64,000 bases of DNA from positions 808,876-872,875 of the forward strand of contig CAWKFG010000004.1 in NCBI GenBank assembly GCA_963848965.1, in the 5' to 3' direction. The notes under the pieces are model-generated. The model searched no databases. It worked only from the letters and a program-made list of their open reading frames with translations, and was not told the origin of the DNA. A program made the position numbers and the translations under genes. Of this stretch, positions 41,919 through 51,606 are shown piece by piece; position 1 is the first letter of the stretch; each line of letters opens with the position of its first letter. The stretch is from an uncultured bacterium (lineage in GTDB: Bacteria; Babelota; Babeliae; Babelales; Babelaceae).

Positions 41919-43326
41919 TGTTGCGACTCTTTAGGAATGTCCTATTTTTAACTCATTAGAAGTGTCCCTTAGCCCAGGATTTCTCCAAGGGTGATTGTAA
42001 GCTTGTTTCCTACTTATTGTCCTTCTATCTAGCTTGGTCTCATCGTATTTTTCACGCTTCTTGATATATGGTAGCTCTATCTCTTTATAGTTAAGATTAT
42101 GATCTTTCAACGCTAACGATATTGTACCGTCCATATACTTGCGTATTTCAATCTTACTACCCCTGTAAAGCACTATTGGCTGCTTTTTTTCAAGAAGGAA
42201 GAGCCTGTTGTTATAGCTTACTGTCCTATCATTATTTAGTATACGATTTTCTTTGATACACAGGATAGAGTTTATATTGTATTCTTCGAGCGAACCGTGT
42301 AGATCAATATTATTTTTTGGTGCTCTTGCGAACTTTTCATTAAACTCGCTTATAAAGCTTTCTTTTAGATACTTATTTGCATCTTCTATTGTCTTTACCT
42401 CTTGTAATGCTAGCTCTTTAACTAGTCTATCTTGTAAGGTCTTGAATAACCTTTCTACTCTTCCTTTTGCTTGAGGACAGTATGCAGGAATAAGCTCTAT
42501 ATTTAGCTCTGTGAGCATTCTTTTATACTGCGTCATTCTCTCTTTACGATTTTTACCTGTGTTTACTCTGTAGACACGCCCACCATCAGCGTATAACGCT
42601 CTTGGCCTTCCATATTTGTTTAAGTACGTTCTTGTTATCTCTATCAAGCTTTTTGTTGTTTCATGGTCCGCAAACATTAACTCAACTAGCTCTGTCGCAT
42701 CATCTATAAAGGCAATGAGTGTGCTATATTGATTATTGAACCATTGATGATAAGAGCCATCTACTTGCACTAACTCTCCAAAGTGTGCTTTACGCTCTCT
42801 TCTTACATGTATTTTTAGCTTTCTTTGTCGAGCCAATCTTAACCCATTACGTATCATCATTCTTCTTATCGTCTCATGATCTACATTTATTTGATGATTC
42901 TTTGCCAATTTTTCTGCTATCAGCGTTGGGCCATAATTAACATATACTGTCATTATCAATTCAATTATCTTCCCTTCTATCTCTGGCGGTATTCGTCTAT
43001 TTCCAGCTCTACCACGCCCTTTATGAGCAAGGCCTATCTTCCCTTCTTTAAGGTATCTTATTAATTTTCTTCTTATTTGCCTTGCACTTAAGTTGAGAAT
43101 TTCTGCAGCTTCTTGTTGATTTAGTTCGCCTTTTATTATAGATTCAAAGATAATAATTTGATCTAGTTCTTTTTTACTCATACGAATGTCTTTCATTTTG
43201 CCCTCTTTTCAGCTATTGTGTGTTTCCAATTCACAATTTAGCCTGAGAGGGCCTTTGTTTTCAATTATTTAACACTTCGGACATTTCTATTGAGTTTTAG
43301 GCGGACATTTTCATAGAGTTCCTACA
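41919..43326 (-). mobile_element. Complete IS, IS1202-like (ISNCY); 17-bp target duplication fits the ISTde1 subgroup
   Basis: Ends TGTAGGAACTCTATGAAAATGTCC / TGTTGCGACTCTTTAGGAATGTCC, each with two ACTC..TGTCC subrepeats; direct repeat CAGTATGTATACCATTT at 41902-41918 and 43327-43343. Confidence 0.9.
41931..43196 (-). CDS. DDE transposase (HTH + integrase core)
   Basis: N-terminal HTH; QVDGSYH, IDDAT, LYADG, PQAKGRVERLF. Confidence 0.93.
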   Translation of the reverse strand: MKDIRMSKKELDQIIIFESIIKGELNQQEAAEILNLSARQIRRKLIRYLKEGKIGLAHKGRGRAGNRRIPPEIEGKIIELIMTVYVNYGPTLIAEKLAKNHQINVDHETIRRMMIRNGLRLARQRKLKIHVRRERKAHFGELVQVDGSYHQWFNNQYSTLIAFIDDATELVELMFADHETTKSLIEITRTYLNKYGRPRALYADGGRVYRVNTGKNRKERMTQYKRMLTELNIELIPAYCPQAKGRVERLFKTLQDRLVKELALQEVKTIEDANKYLKESFISEFNEKFARAPKNNIDLHGSLEEYNINSILCIKENRILNNDRTVSYNNRLFLLEKKQPIVLYRGSKIEIRKYMDGTISLALKDHNLNYKEIELPYIKKREKYDETKLDRRTISRKQAYNHPWRNPGLRDTSNELKIGHS

Positions 43327-43390
43327 CAGTATGTATACCATTTTTTAACGTATAAGATCACCTTTTATATTAAGCTTGTAGGATGCTTTT

Positions 43391-44485
43391 TTATAAAAGA
43401 GTACAATAAGGAGAACTGCTTTGTTGTTTTACCGGTACAATAGGTTTATCAAAAAGAATATTATCAAAAACCTCTAAAGCAAGGGGCTCTGCTGTATGTT
43501 TTAAACCAAAATTGAATTCTTGAGGTTTAGCGTCTGTGCTCTCTTTAAGCATAGCACTTACACTATCGGTATGATATCCGCCTGCTGCAACTACTATTTT
43601 AGAGACTCCTTTATTTTGAAGTTCTTTCACTTTAAAAAATATGTAAAGATCTAAAAGAGGAGTACTCATTCTCCTGACAAGCGTTTCTAGATAAGCTAGA
43701 GGGCTCGATAACTTTCTTCCATTAACTTCTTCTGGTCCTAGCTTTTCTCGAAAATTGTGTTCATGTGCTTTTAAAGAGAAAATCATATCTAATAGAGGTT
43801 GTTCTATATCTATATCATGTTCATCACGAAGTATCTTAAGAGTATTTTTAAGCTCTTCTACATAAAAAGTGGCTTCTTCCATTTTACTTTTAAAGATGCT
43901 GTCAAATTGGGGATTGCTAAAGCTCTGTTTTAGATTCATAACTATTTCCTTCATATGATCAAATGTATCAAAAACATGTTTCCATGAAAGGCTATTAACT
44001 GTACAATCATAATATTTTAGGTATAAAGGAACTCTTTTATGCCAAGTAATTCTTTCTTTTAACCATTCCCATTGTTCAAGAGCAGTTTCATGAAAATTAC
44101 CCAACATCCCTGCTGTAAGTTTTATACATCTACGTATATCAATATCCTCAAAATGAGACTTCTTAAGATTCTTCTCTAAAGACATAGGAAGTAAGTCTGC
44201 AAGTATACAAATATTGTTACCACCAAGAGCCCATATTTCTGTAGCTCCTTGTTCTATAAGAATGTGCAGCCCTTCTCCTTCTTCTGCTCTATCTAAAACT
44301 CTACGCATCTTTTGACATTGAAGGATATTCTCATCTCTATATTCTGTTGTATGATGGTAGTCAGTTAGGAAATAAATATACTGCTTACTGTCCCACGTAA
44401 GAGCAGTCATATCAGTAATAGTAGCAGTAAGTGTTCCTGTTAATCCAATAAGCAAGCATAGAGTAGAGATAAATAGTGAAAACAT
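43391..44485 (-). CDS. Secreted family C protein with C-terminal CaaX (CTLL)
   Basis: YFLTDYHH, ILIE, EDIDIR, AAGGYHT; probable start MFSLF. Confidence 0.65.
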   Translation of the reverse strand: MFSLFISTLCLLIGLTGTLTATITDMTALTWDSKQYIYFLTDYHHTTEYRDENILQCQKMRRVLDRAEEGEGLHILIEQGATEIWALGGNNICILADLLPMSLEKNLKKSHFEDIDIRRCIKLTAGMLGNFHETALEQWEWLKERITWHKRVPLYLKYYDCTVNSLSWKHVFDTFDHMKEIVMNLKQSFSNPQFDSIFKSKMEEATFYVEELKNTLKILRDEHDIDIEQPLLDMIFSLKAHEHNFREKLGPEEVNGRKLSSPLAYLETLVRRMSTPLLDLYIFFKVKELQNKGVSKIVVAAGGYHTDSVSAMLKESTDAKPQEFNFGLKHTAEPLALEVFDNILFDKPIVPVKQQSSSPYCTLL

Positions 44486-44576
44486 TGTTTCCTTTCTTAT
44501 ATTTGTTATTTTACTTAGTTCTTGCATAAATTTAAGTTAGGTGTTTTTAAAGAGTTGCTTCTTGTAAAAAACTCTT

Positions 44577-44834
44577 TTAACTCAAGAACCAAAGGTAGTT
44601 TAAGTATATCCCAGAAAGAGGCAACTTTTTGTTTATAGGTTCTTTTTTTACAGTATTGATAAGCGTTTGAGAAAGCGCTTTACAAAGAGTTTCTTCGTTA
44701 AGCGTATAATGACTAAGATTACGAATATGATTTGTGTATGCCTCTAAGGGCAGTGCATTATAAGTAAAAGTATAAGGTAATGAATAAAGTGTACTAAAGA
44801 ACAGTACTATGATAGTGTAAAGGATATTTTTCAT
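44577..44834 (-). pseudogene. Truncated paralog of 49900-51360
   Basis: MKNILY..YSL.Y...YNA.PL..LSQ.LI.T...E.IN..LPL shared with 49900-51360, then frameshift and stop. Confidence 0.7.
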
Positions 44835-45095
44835 TAAGATACCTTGTAAGTATTAAATTTCTGAGCAAGACAAAAATGCTTACTCATATCTTTAGTTAGC
44901 ATAACTATAAGTAAGTATCGCTTACTTATACAATAAAAACTCCCTTACAAGAATAAATCAATTGATAGCTTTTTATCTAGGCTGGTTAGGAGCCTCTAGT
45001 AATGCTATCTTTTATCCTCACTTATTAAAATATGCTATTTATCATAAAAAAGCAATACCAAATTAATTATTTGCTCTAAAAGCTATAGAAAAAAT
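44835..45095 (-). repeat. Conserved upstream regulatory block, copy A
   Basis: AAAAACTCCCTTACA and CTATTTATCATAAAAAA blocks plus palindrome TATAAGTAAG-n5-CTTACTTATA (44906-44930). Confidence 0.7.
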
Positions 45096-45109
45096 AAAGA
45101 GAACTTTGA

Positions 45110-46609
45110 TCACTTAAAGAGACCGCTAAGAGCAAGATAGGGTTGTCTTTTGTACTCAGGGATAGAAGTAAGAGCAATAAAAAGGATCCTATGCATTATT
45201 TTTAAGTGTCCTCTTTCACCGGCTTCTTTGGCAAGCTCTAGAGTAGGTTGTGCTCCTATACTCAAAAGAGCATTAACAAAAGGAAGCATTCCTCTTTCTA
45301 CCGCACATTTAAGAAGTGCATCTTTTTTACTTATACCGATATAAGGAATATAAGAAATAAGAGTAGTAAAGAGTGAAACTTTTTGAGGATTTAATTGATT
45401 AATCTTTTCACCAAAGGTATTTACAAGGCGAATAACACTATCAAAACTATATGTATCTGCATAATCAAAAGCAGTGCGGCCATAATAATCCTTTGCGTTA
45501 ATGAATTCCAAAGAGTAACTCTTATAAAACGATATAACCTCAATGTGCCCAAAGATGCAAGCAATCATAAGCCACGTTTGTCCTGTGTTAGTAGTAGCAA
45601 ATCTATTGGTATCCTTTTTGACATACTCTAATGGATTACTAAGATAAGCTTGTACTTCAGGTAAATTGCAAAGTTCTAATAGTTGACAAGTTTCTCTCTC
45701 TTTAGCGAGTGTCAACGCACTCTTACCACTGTACTCTTGAGCTGTAATACTAGCACCATTTTTTATAAGAAGGGCTACTATTTTTTTATGCCCTGCTTCT
45801 GTAGCACATATCAAGGCAGTCCAGCAGCTGTGGCGATTTTTGGCATTACTATCTGCACCTGCGTTTAAAAGCAAAGCAACTATCTGCTCTTCACCTTTTG
45901 CAGCAGCAAGAATTAAAGGAGTTGTCTCAGTATGATATCCAGCATCGATAACTGCACCTTTGTTTAAGAGCAGAGCTGCCACTTCTGTTCGACCATAGTA
46001 TGCAGCCACATGTAAAGCGGTAAAACCATGATCATCTTGAACCTCCATATCAGCACCATAAGCAATAAGCACATCTACCATATGCTTGTCTCCATGAAGC
46101 ACTGCGTTTGCCAAGGCAGTCATCCCCTTATCATCTCGAGCATTGATATTAGCACCATAATTAAGAAGCAATTCTAGTAGTTCTGTTCGGCCATAAGATG
46201 CAGCCAAATGTAAGGCAGTCCAACCATGGTTCGCTTGAACTTCAGTATTAGCACCGTTACTAAGAAGTAGTACTACTCGTTCTGTTTCATGAAGTATAAC
46301 TGCCAAATGTAAGGCAGTATCGCCTCTCTTATCTTTAGCATTAATATCAGCACCTCTATTTAATAGAAGTCGTAGGATCTCTTTATGCTCTTTACTTACA
46401 GCAAAAAAAAGAGCAGGGTCCCCATATTTATTTTGAGCACTAGCACTAACTCCTGCATTTAAAAGCAAAGCTACTAATTCTATATCTCCTTGCTCTACAG
46501 CGGCTATTAAATGCTCTTCTGCTTTTTCCCTTTCTTGTATCTCTTCCATTGCTAACAAATAAGAAAAGAATAATGTGCTTATCAAGCTTATAGTTTTTAA
46601 ATTTTTCAT
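45110..46609 (-). CDS. Secreted ankyrin-repeat protein, family A
   Basis: Start MKNLK at 46609; ankyrin repeats; C-terminus LALSGLFK. Confidence 0.92.
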   Translation of the reverse strand: MKNLKTISLISTLFFSYLLAMEEIQEREKAEEHLIAAVEQGDIELVALLLNAGVSASAQNKYGDPALFFAVSKEHKEILRLLLNRGADINAKDKRGDTALHLAVILHETERVVLLLSNGANTEVQANHGWTALHLAASYGRTELLELLLNYGANINARDDKGMTALANAVLHGDKHMVDVLIAYGADMEVQDDHGFTALHVAAYYGRTEVAALLLNKGAVIDAGYHTETTPLILAAAKGEEQIVALLLNAGADSNAKNRHSCWTALICATEAGHKKIVALLIKNGASITAQEYSGKSALTLAKERETCQLLELCNLPEVQAYLSNPLEYVKKDTNRFATTNTGQTWLMIACIFGHIEVISFYKSYSLEFINAKDYYGRTAFDYADTYSFDSVIRLVNTFGEKINQLNPQKVSLFTTLISYIPYIGISKKDALLKCAVERGMLPFVNALLSIGAQPTLELAKEAGERGHLKIMHRILFIALTSIPEYKRQPYLALSGLFK

Positions 46610-46647
46610 TGTAAACTCCAGTAAGCGCAAAGAAACTGGGCCCTTTT
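46610..46647 (-). mobile_element. Remnant of IscB-element 3' end abutting a start codon
   Basis: TGTAAACTCCAGTAAGCGCAAAGAAACTGGGCCCTTTT versus TGTAAAATTCCAGTAAGCGCGGAAACCGGGCCTTTT at 51361. Confidence 0.75.
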
Positions 46648-46689
46648 GTATGCAGCATATGAATAAAACAGAAGCCAGAGTACTTATAA

Positions 46690-46806
46690 TAAGATATTAA
46701 TCTTTACCATTGAGCACCCCTTTGACTAAAACTAAACAAACACCGTCTACTTTTCAGAATAATTCAAAGACAATAGAATTACAATTCTTGAGAATAAAAT
46801 TTTACT
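46690..46806 (-). repeat. Duplicated upstream region and first codons (MVKINI) of gene 35346-35696
   Basis: Near-collinear match to about 35677-35792; frame stops after 8 codons. Confidence 0.75.
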
Positions 46807-46854
46807 CATCCAGTTTATTTTAACGTCAGTTTGAGGTAGCGTTAAAATATAATT

Positions 46855-47092
46855 CAATTTGATTTTTTATGATAAATAGCATATCATTAATACATAAGGG
46901 ATAAAGAGAACTGCTTATAAGGCATACTAACCAGCCTTACTTAAAGGGCATCTCATTTACTTACCTTATCTGTAAGGGAGTTTTTTATTGTACAAGTAAG
47001 GATGCTTACTTATACTTATGGTAACTATATAATTTTAACAAGCGCTTTTCTGAGATTAAAAGATAATCGATCGCTTATAAGAGGTATACCAC
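46855..47092 (+). repeat. Conserved upstream regulatory block, copy B
   Basis: Inverted copy of the 44835-45095 blocks; TTGTAC-17-TATACT with the palindrome across the spacer. Confidence 0.65.
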
Positions 47093-48400
47093 ATGAAAAA
47101 CTTCCTTTACACTATGAAGATAACGTATTCTAGCGTTAATCGAATGCTTTTTTTAATGCTCTTTCTTTTTCAAACTATTCAACTTTACCCTATAATTGTC
47201 GCATGTACAGTACTTAAATCTCCAGAAGGTAAGTTGATCTTCTTGCTTGGTGACTATCATGATGATAATTACCCAGAAGTATGCGCACAACAACGGGAAG
47301 ATTTAGCACACATGCTTGAAAAAATTGGTCAAGTAGAGCTTTATATAGAAGATGCCGCAAATCTCTATACACCTATTGATCCTTCAAAGTCCAAATTGCC
47401 TAATGAGTTTTTAGCAAATCTGACTCACTCTATGCAAGAAAAGAATAATCCTGGCGTCATCTACCACCAACTTGACGATATGCCATTATGTCGCTTACTT
47501 AACGCTCTCATTAATCAATATACAAACTGTCCAGATTGGAAAGCATATAATCAGGATTTGGCCAAGCATGGTAAACCTGCTGGGGTAAGCATTACGTGGA
47601 CAATGCAGCAGCTTGAAGAAGAATATAATGATAAGGTAGCAGAATTAATAGTCCTCAGACAAAAAATAAGCAATGCTGCTATCAGAGAGAAACTTGAAGG
47701 TTTCCTTGCAAGGTGCTGTGGAAGTTATTCAAAATTATTAACTACCATTTATAAGAACCTCAATTTTAAGCCAGAAAGCACTTTAGCATTTATAGCTTTT
47801 AAAGGATTTTACGAGTATCTAAAAAATATAAGTACTATAATGCGTTTGGGGAAGAAAGAATTTGATGAGATGCTTGCTTGCTATAACAACTTTGATACGT
47901 TAAGCAGCGAACAGGAAAAAGGAGAGATGTGGAATACACTTTACAGTCATATCCCGAAACTTAATGGCTATATTTATTATTATGGTGTTAATCAGCAGAA
48001 AATTCCTGAAGGGTATTGGGATATTGAAAAGTTCCTTAGTTGTGCAACATGGCCCCTAATTACGCAGTATACTGCTTTAAAGCTGCTAACGAGCAATAAC
48101 CTTTATCCTGCTATAATATGCTCTGGAAATTGGCATACTCAAGGACTTGCTAAGTTTTTAGTTAATGATTGCGGTTATACAAAGATAGCGTTTGAAGGCT
48201 TTGAATGTATACCTGGTGCTACAGTATGTTGGAAAACAACGCCACAAGGCATGATTTATAGCACAGTGAAGCTTGGTATAAATATGGATTTTGCAGGTAA
48301 AGGAGAATTTCGTAAGGATGTACCTCTTGTAGGCAGGCTTTATCCTCCACTTGATATTAAAGCTACTCTTACTCAATATCAAGGTTTACCCATGCTATAG
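47093..48400 (+). CDS. Secreted family C protein (TraB/Tiki/EreA-like)
   Basis: FLLGDYH, LYIED, CSGNWHT. Confidence 0.6.
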   Translation: MKNFLYTMKITYSSVNRMLFLMLFLFQTIQLYPIIVACTVLKSPEGKLIFLLGDYHDDNYPEVCAQQREDLAHMLEKIGQVELYIEDAANLYTPIDPSKSKLPNEFLANLTHSMQEKNNPGVIYHQLDDMPLCRLLNALINQYTNCPDWKAYNQDLAKHGKPAGVSITWTMQQLEEEYNDKVAELIVLRQKISNAAIREKLEGFLARCCGSYSKLLTTIYKNLNFKPESTLAFIAFKGFYEYLKNISTIMRLGKKEFDEMLACYNNFDTLSSEQEKGEMWNTLYSHIPKLNGYIYYYGVNQQKIPEGYWDIEKFLSCATWPLITQYTALKLLTSNNLYPAIICSGNWHTQGLAKFLVNDCGYTKIAFEGFECIPGATVCWKTTPQGMIYSTVKLGINMDFAGKGEFRKDVPLVGRLYPPLDIKATLTQYQGLPML

Positions 48401-49635
48401 CCGTAACGTGCTTTATATAAGGCTTTTTGCTCTTCACTTATTTTCTTTTCTCTCTCCTGTATCTTTCTAGTATCATCTTTAAATTCTTGAGTTATATCAA
48501 GTTTCTCACTCATTTCAGGGTCAGCTTTAAGTACTTTCTCTAGGAATTTAGTGTAAAATTCAGTTGTTTCAAGAGGATTACGTATACTGACAAGAATACC
48601 TTTATCAGAAATATCGAGATCTAAATCTGTATGTAAAACGTAAAGTTTTTCTATCGTTTCTTGAATCTCGTACAAGTGGGCAGCTATAGGGTCAATATAA
48701 CCAGTATGCCCTATTGCTTTACCATTTACTTGCACTCGTATATTGTATACCTTTCCTATCTGATCATAGCCATATTTGCGCACGCTTCCTTCTTTACTAA
48801 AGGGATCTCTTAATGCACCAATGGCTCCTAAACCCTGAATCCAATCTCTTGGTGACCAAAAGCTAAAAAGAACATTGAAGTTTGCTGGCGTGTACTCTGC
48901 TCTTTCTTCTCCAGCAGTTGCCGTACGTACAGGGGGCCCTAGAAAGAACATATAATTGACAGCATTAAGCATCTTTGAATCTTTTAACACTTTAAATTCT
49001 AAGATGTGAGAGGCAGCATTGGTTACGTTAGCTCCGTGGCTATGGGATAACTCACGTATATCATAGCCTTGGTAAGACGCTACTATAAATTGGCCAAGAG
49101 TATTACCGGCATCTCTTCTTGCTCTTACAGTGTTAAATCCGGGCCAACGAAACGAGAGCACTTCAATGATAGTCTTATTATTATCAGCTATTTGCTTTGC
49201 ATATTTTAAAAGATTTTTAAATGGTTTACACTTGATATCATAATATGCAGGTGTAATAGGGCCACCACAACCGAAGAATCCTGTACCATGCATAATCATA
49301 ACTAATATACGCTGTACTGTTCTATTAATTTGAGGAGATTGATAAACGTATGCTCCTCGAATACCCATATCTTGTTCTTCGTTATAGGCAAAACCTTTAT
49401 AATGATCTTCCAATAGGTTTTGAGGTATTTCATACCACCCTTGCATATCAGGCTCTTTAACGCATGTTAAGAGTTTATAAAAAGACAGCTCCTCAATAGA
49501 TACTGCTAGTTTAGGTGCTACTATATCCTGCTCTCGCAACGTCTTTTCGAACTCCTCCTCTAGAATTTCCATTGCCCCTAATTGTCTTGCAAAGGTTATT
49601 AAGATGAAACTAAGGAAATAAATCTTACTTTTCAT
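48379..49635 (-). CDS. Secreted alpha/beta hydrolase (lipase-like)
   Basis: MHGTG, SFRWP, SHSHG, VNGKAIGH; paralog of 20582-21727. Confidence 0.75.
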   Translation of the reverse strand: MKSKIYFLSFILITFARQLGAMEILEEEFEKTLREQDIVAPKLAVSIEELSFYKLLTCVKEPDMQGWYEIPQNLLEDHYKGFAYNEEQDMGIRGAYVYQSPQINRTVQRILVMIMHGTGFFGCGGPITPAYYDIKCKPFKNLLKYAKQIADNNKTIIEVLSFRWPGFNTVRARRDAGNTLGQFIVASYQGYDIRELSHSHGANVTNAASHILEFKVLKDSKMLNAVNYMFFLGPPVRTATAGEERAEYTPANFNVLFSFWSPRDWIQGLGAIGALRDPFSKEGSVRKYGYDQIGKVYNIRVQVNGKAIGHTGYIDPIAAHLYEIQETIEKLYVLHTDLDLDISDKGILVSIRNPLETTEFYTKFLEKVLKADPEMSEKLDITQEFKDDTRKIQEREKKISEEQKALYKARYGYSMGKP

Positions 49636-49715
49636 TGATCTCTCTTATTTTATTATATTTCAATTATTAATTATAATTAAACACGGATCTTATAATCAAT
49701 AAATATTTAATTTAA

Positions 49716-49885
49716 TGTAGGAACTCTATGAAAATGTCCGCCTAAAACTCAATAGAAATGTCCGAAGTGTTAAATAATTGAAAATGAAGGACATTCGTAT
49801 GAGTAGAAAAGAGTTAGATCAGATTATTATCTTTGAATCTATAATAAAAGGTGAGCTAAATCAACGGGAAGCTGCAGAAATTCTC
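49716..49885 (+). mobile_element. Truncated copy of the IS1202-like element (left end + about 34 codons of transposase)
   Basis: Identical left IR, then MKDIRMSRKELDQIIIFESIIKGELNQREAAEIL; 5'UTR hairpin missing. Confidence 0.9.
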
Positions 49886-49899
49886 TTCTCTTTTAATAA

Positions 49900-51360
49900 T
49901 TAGTAATGAAAATAATTTTGAACTCTATGGTATGTATTAATCATTGTTGAAAAAAGCGAAGGTATCTTAAAATAAGATATAAGCACATTTTTATGCTTAC
50001 AGTTCTCAAATAAATCTTTGTAGTAAGGATCAATTAAAGTCTTCCAACCGAACTTTTTCAGCTTTGCTATCAGTACTAATTCTGCAACGCTAAGAACTTT
50101 TAAGGACTCTTCTACATCATAAATCCATAAGTATGATTCTTTTAAGGATTCACGACTTGTAAGGACATATATTCGTACCTTATCTCGGTCCCAGTAAACA
50201 GGAGTATAATCAATACGAGCATCGTAAGGATAGCTATTTATTAAAATTGGATTAGAGGTATTATTAATATTCCAGAGATACATTCGTTCTTGATTAATTA
50301 AAACAATATTTTTACTGCTTAAATCCACAGAAACTACTAGATTCACATCATTATCATTTAATTTTATCTGCCTTATAGGACATCCTTTTTCTATATTTTT
50401 AAGATCATAGATGTAGCAACCAAATGAGGAGGTAGCGACCAAAAGTGTTCCATCTGGACTTACAGTAAAAGAAGATCCTAGACAATGATTTGGTAGCTCT
50501 TTAAAAGGAAGTCTATGCCACTGTAAAGTAGCAATATTCAAAAAATCTATACAAAGTTGTTTTCCTGTTGCTACTAAGAAATCTCCTTGAGGAGTAAATT
50601 GGATTCCAGATAGTCTGTACTCCGATCCATGATCTCTTTTTAAGATTTGAACTAACGAACTTCCAGGAAGAGCAGTAAGGTCTAATGTATAGTAGTACGC
50701 GCTATTTTTTTCCACTTCACTATTAGAGTAAAGCATTAGGAGAGTTCTTTGAGCATTTATTGCAAAATAACATCTAGAACCTAATACTTTTTCAAATTTT
50801 TTAATACATATGCCTTGATCTATATCCCATAAGCATACAGTATCTTTATGCGCCGTAAAAAGGTGATTAGTACGAGGAACAAGAATTAGAGAAAGAATAG
50901 GTTCTGAACTCCGAAGAAAAGATTTCATTTCTAAAGAAGGATAAGAAAATATTCGTTCTCCACACCATTTGCTTTCGGTGTACGGAGGATTTATCTGTTC
51001 AAACTCATTCTGTAACAGCAATAAAGAATCAGTACCTTGTATAAGTTCGTGAAAATATCCTTCACGTACATTCTTTGGCAGTGCTTGTATTTTAGGAATA
51101 ATCTGTATTTTAAAGATATCCCAATAAAGAGGTAAATTTTCGTTTATTAGCTCTCTTCTTATAGTATCTATTAACTCTTGAGAAAGTTCTTTATTATCTA
51201 GTTTTTTAATAAGCTCTTGTGACTCACAATTAATGAGATTATAAGCAAGTTTTGTACATGCTATCTCTTTTAATGGCGGTGCATTATAAATAGGTTTATA
51301 GTGCAATGAATAGATTATATTACAGAAAACTAATGGTATTATATAAAGGATATTTTTCAT
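49900..51360 (-). CDS. Secreted WD40-like beta-propeller protein
   Basis: VCLWDI, QFTPQG, VSPDGTLL, YIYDL, YLWNI repeats. Confidence 0.7.
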   Translation of the reverse strand: MKNILYIIPLVFCNIIYSLHYKPIYNAPPLKEIACTKLAYNLINCESQELIKKLDNKELSQELIDTIRRELINENLPLYWDIFKIQIIPKIQALPKNVREGYFHELIQGTDSLLLLQNEFEQINPPYTESKWCGERIFSYPSLEMKSFLRSSEPILSLILVPRTNHLFTAHKDTVCLWDIDQGICIKKFEKVLGSRCYFAINAQRTLLMLYSNSEVEKNSAYYYTLDLTALPGSSLVQILKRDHGSEYRLSGIQFTPQGDFLVATGKQLCIDFLNIATLQWHRLPFKELPNHCLGSSFTVSPDGTLLVATSSFGCYIYDLKNIEKGCPIRQIKLNDNDVNLVVSVDLSSKNIVLINQERMYLWNINNTSNPILINSYPYDARIDYTPVYWDRDKVRIYVLTSRESLKESYLWIYDVEESLKVLSVAELVLIAKLKKFGWKTLIDPYYKDLFENCKHKNVLISYFKIPSLFSTMINTYHRVQNYFHY

Positions 51361-51394
51361 TGTAAAATTCCAGTAAGCGCGGAAACCGGGCCTT

Positions 51395-51590
51395 TTAAGG
51401 CGCGTCAGTCTTCGCTAAAGCTTCGCCCAACAAGGAGGAAGCGCAGGTTAAATAATTATAACTATAACCATCACATGCATGAATAAGCTTACAATACTTG
51501 TAGCTTATACCTTGTATTGTAGAGCTATCAGTGACAATATTGAAAAAGCCATTAGCTCTTATTGTTATCAATAACGAATACGTATGACAT
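51395..51590 (-). pseudogene. iscB: Internally deleted iscB
   Basis: MSYVFVIDNNK (IscB N-terminus before PLMP) joined out of frame to IRANGFFNIVTDSSTIQGISYKYCKLIHACDGYSY (IscB C-terminus). Confidence 0.85.
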
Positions 51591-51606
51591 AGTATCCTTT
51601 ATAATA

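Noticed and set aside
43344..43375. dif/xrs-like site next to the IS (TTAACGTATAA...TTATATTAAGC)
   Set aside because: The central spacer would be 9 bp rather than 6-8, the arms are weak in AT-rich DNA, and xrs targeting is described for the short-DR ISAba32 subgroup.
49686..49694. GATCTTATA upstream of both IS left ends as a target motif
   Set aside because: Distances differ (24 versus 21 bp) and two sites are too few.
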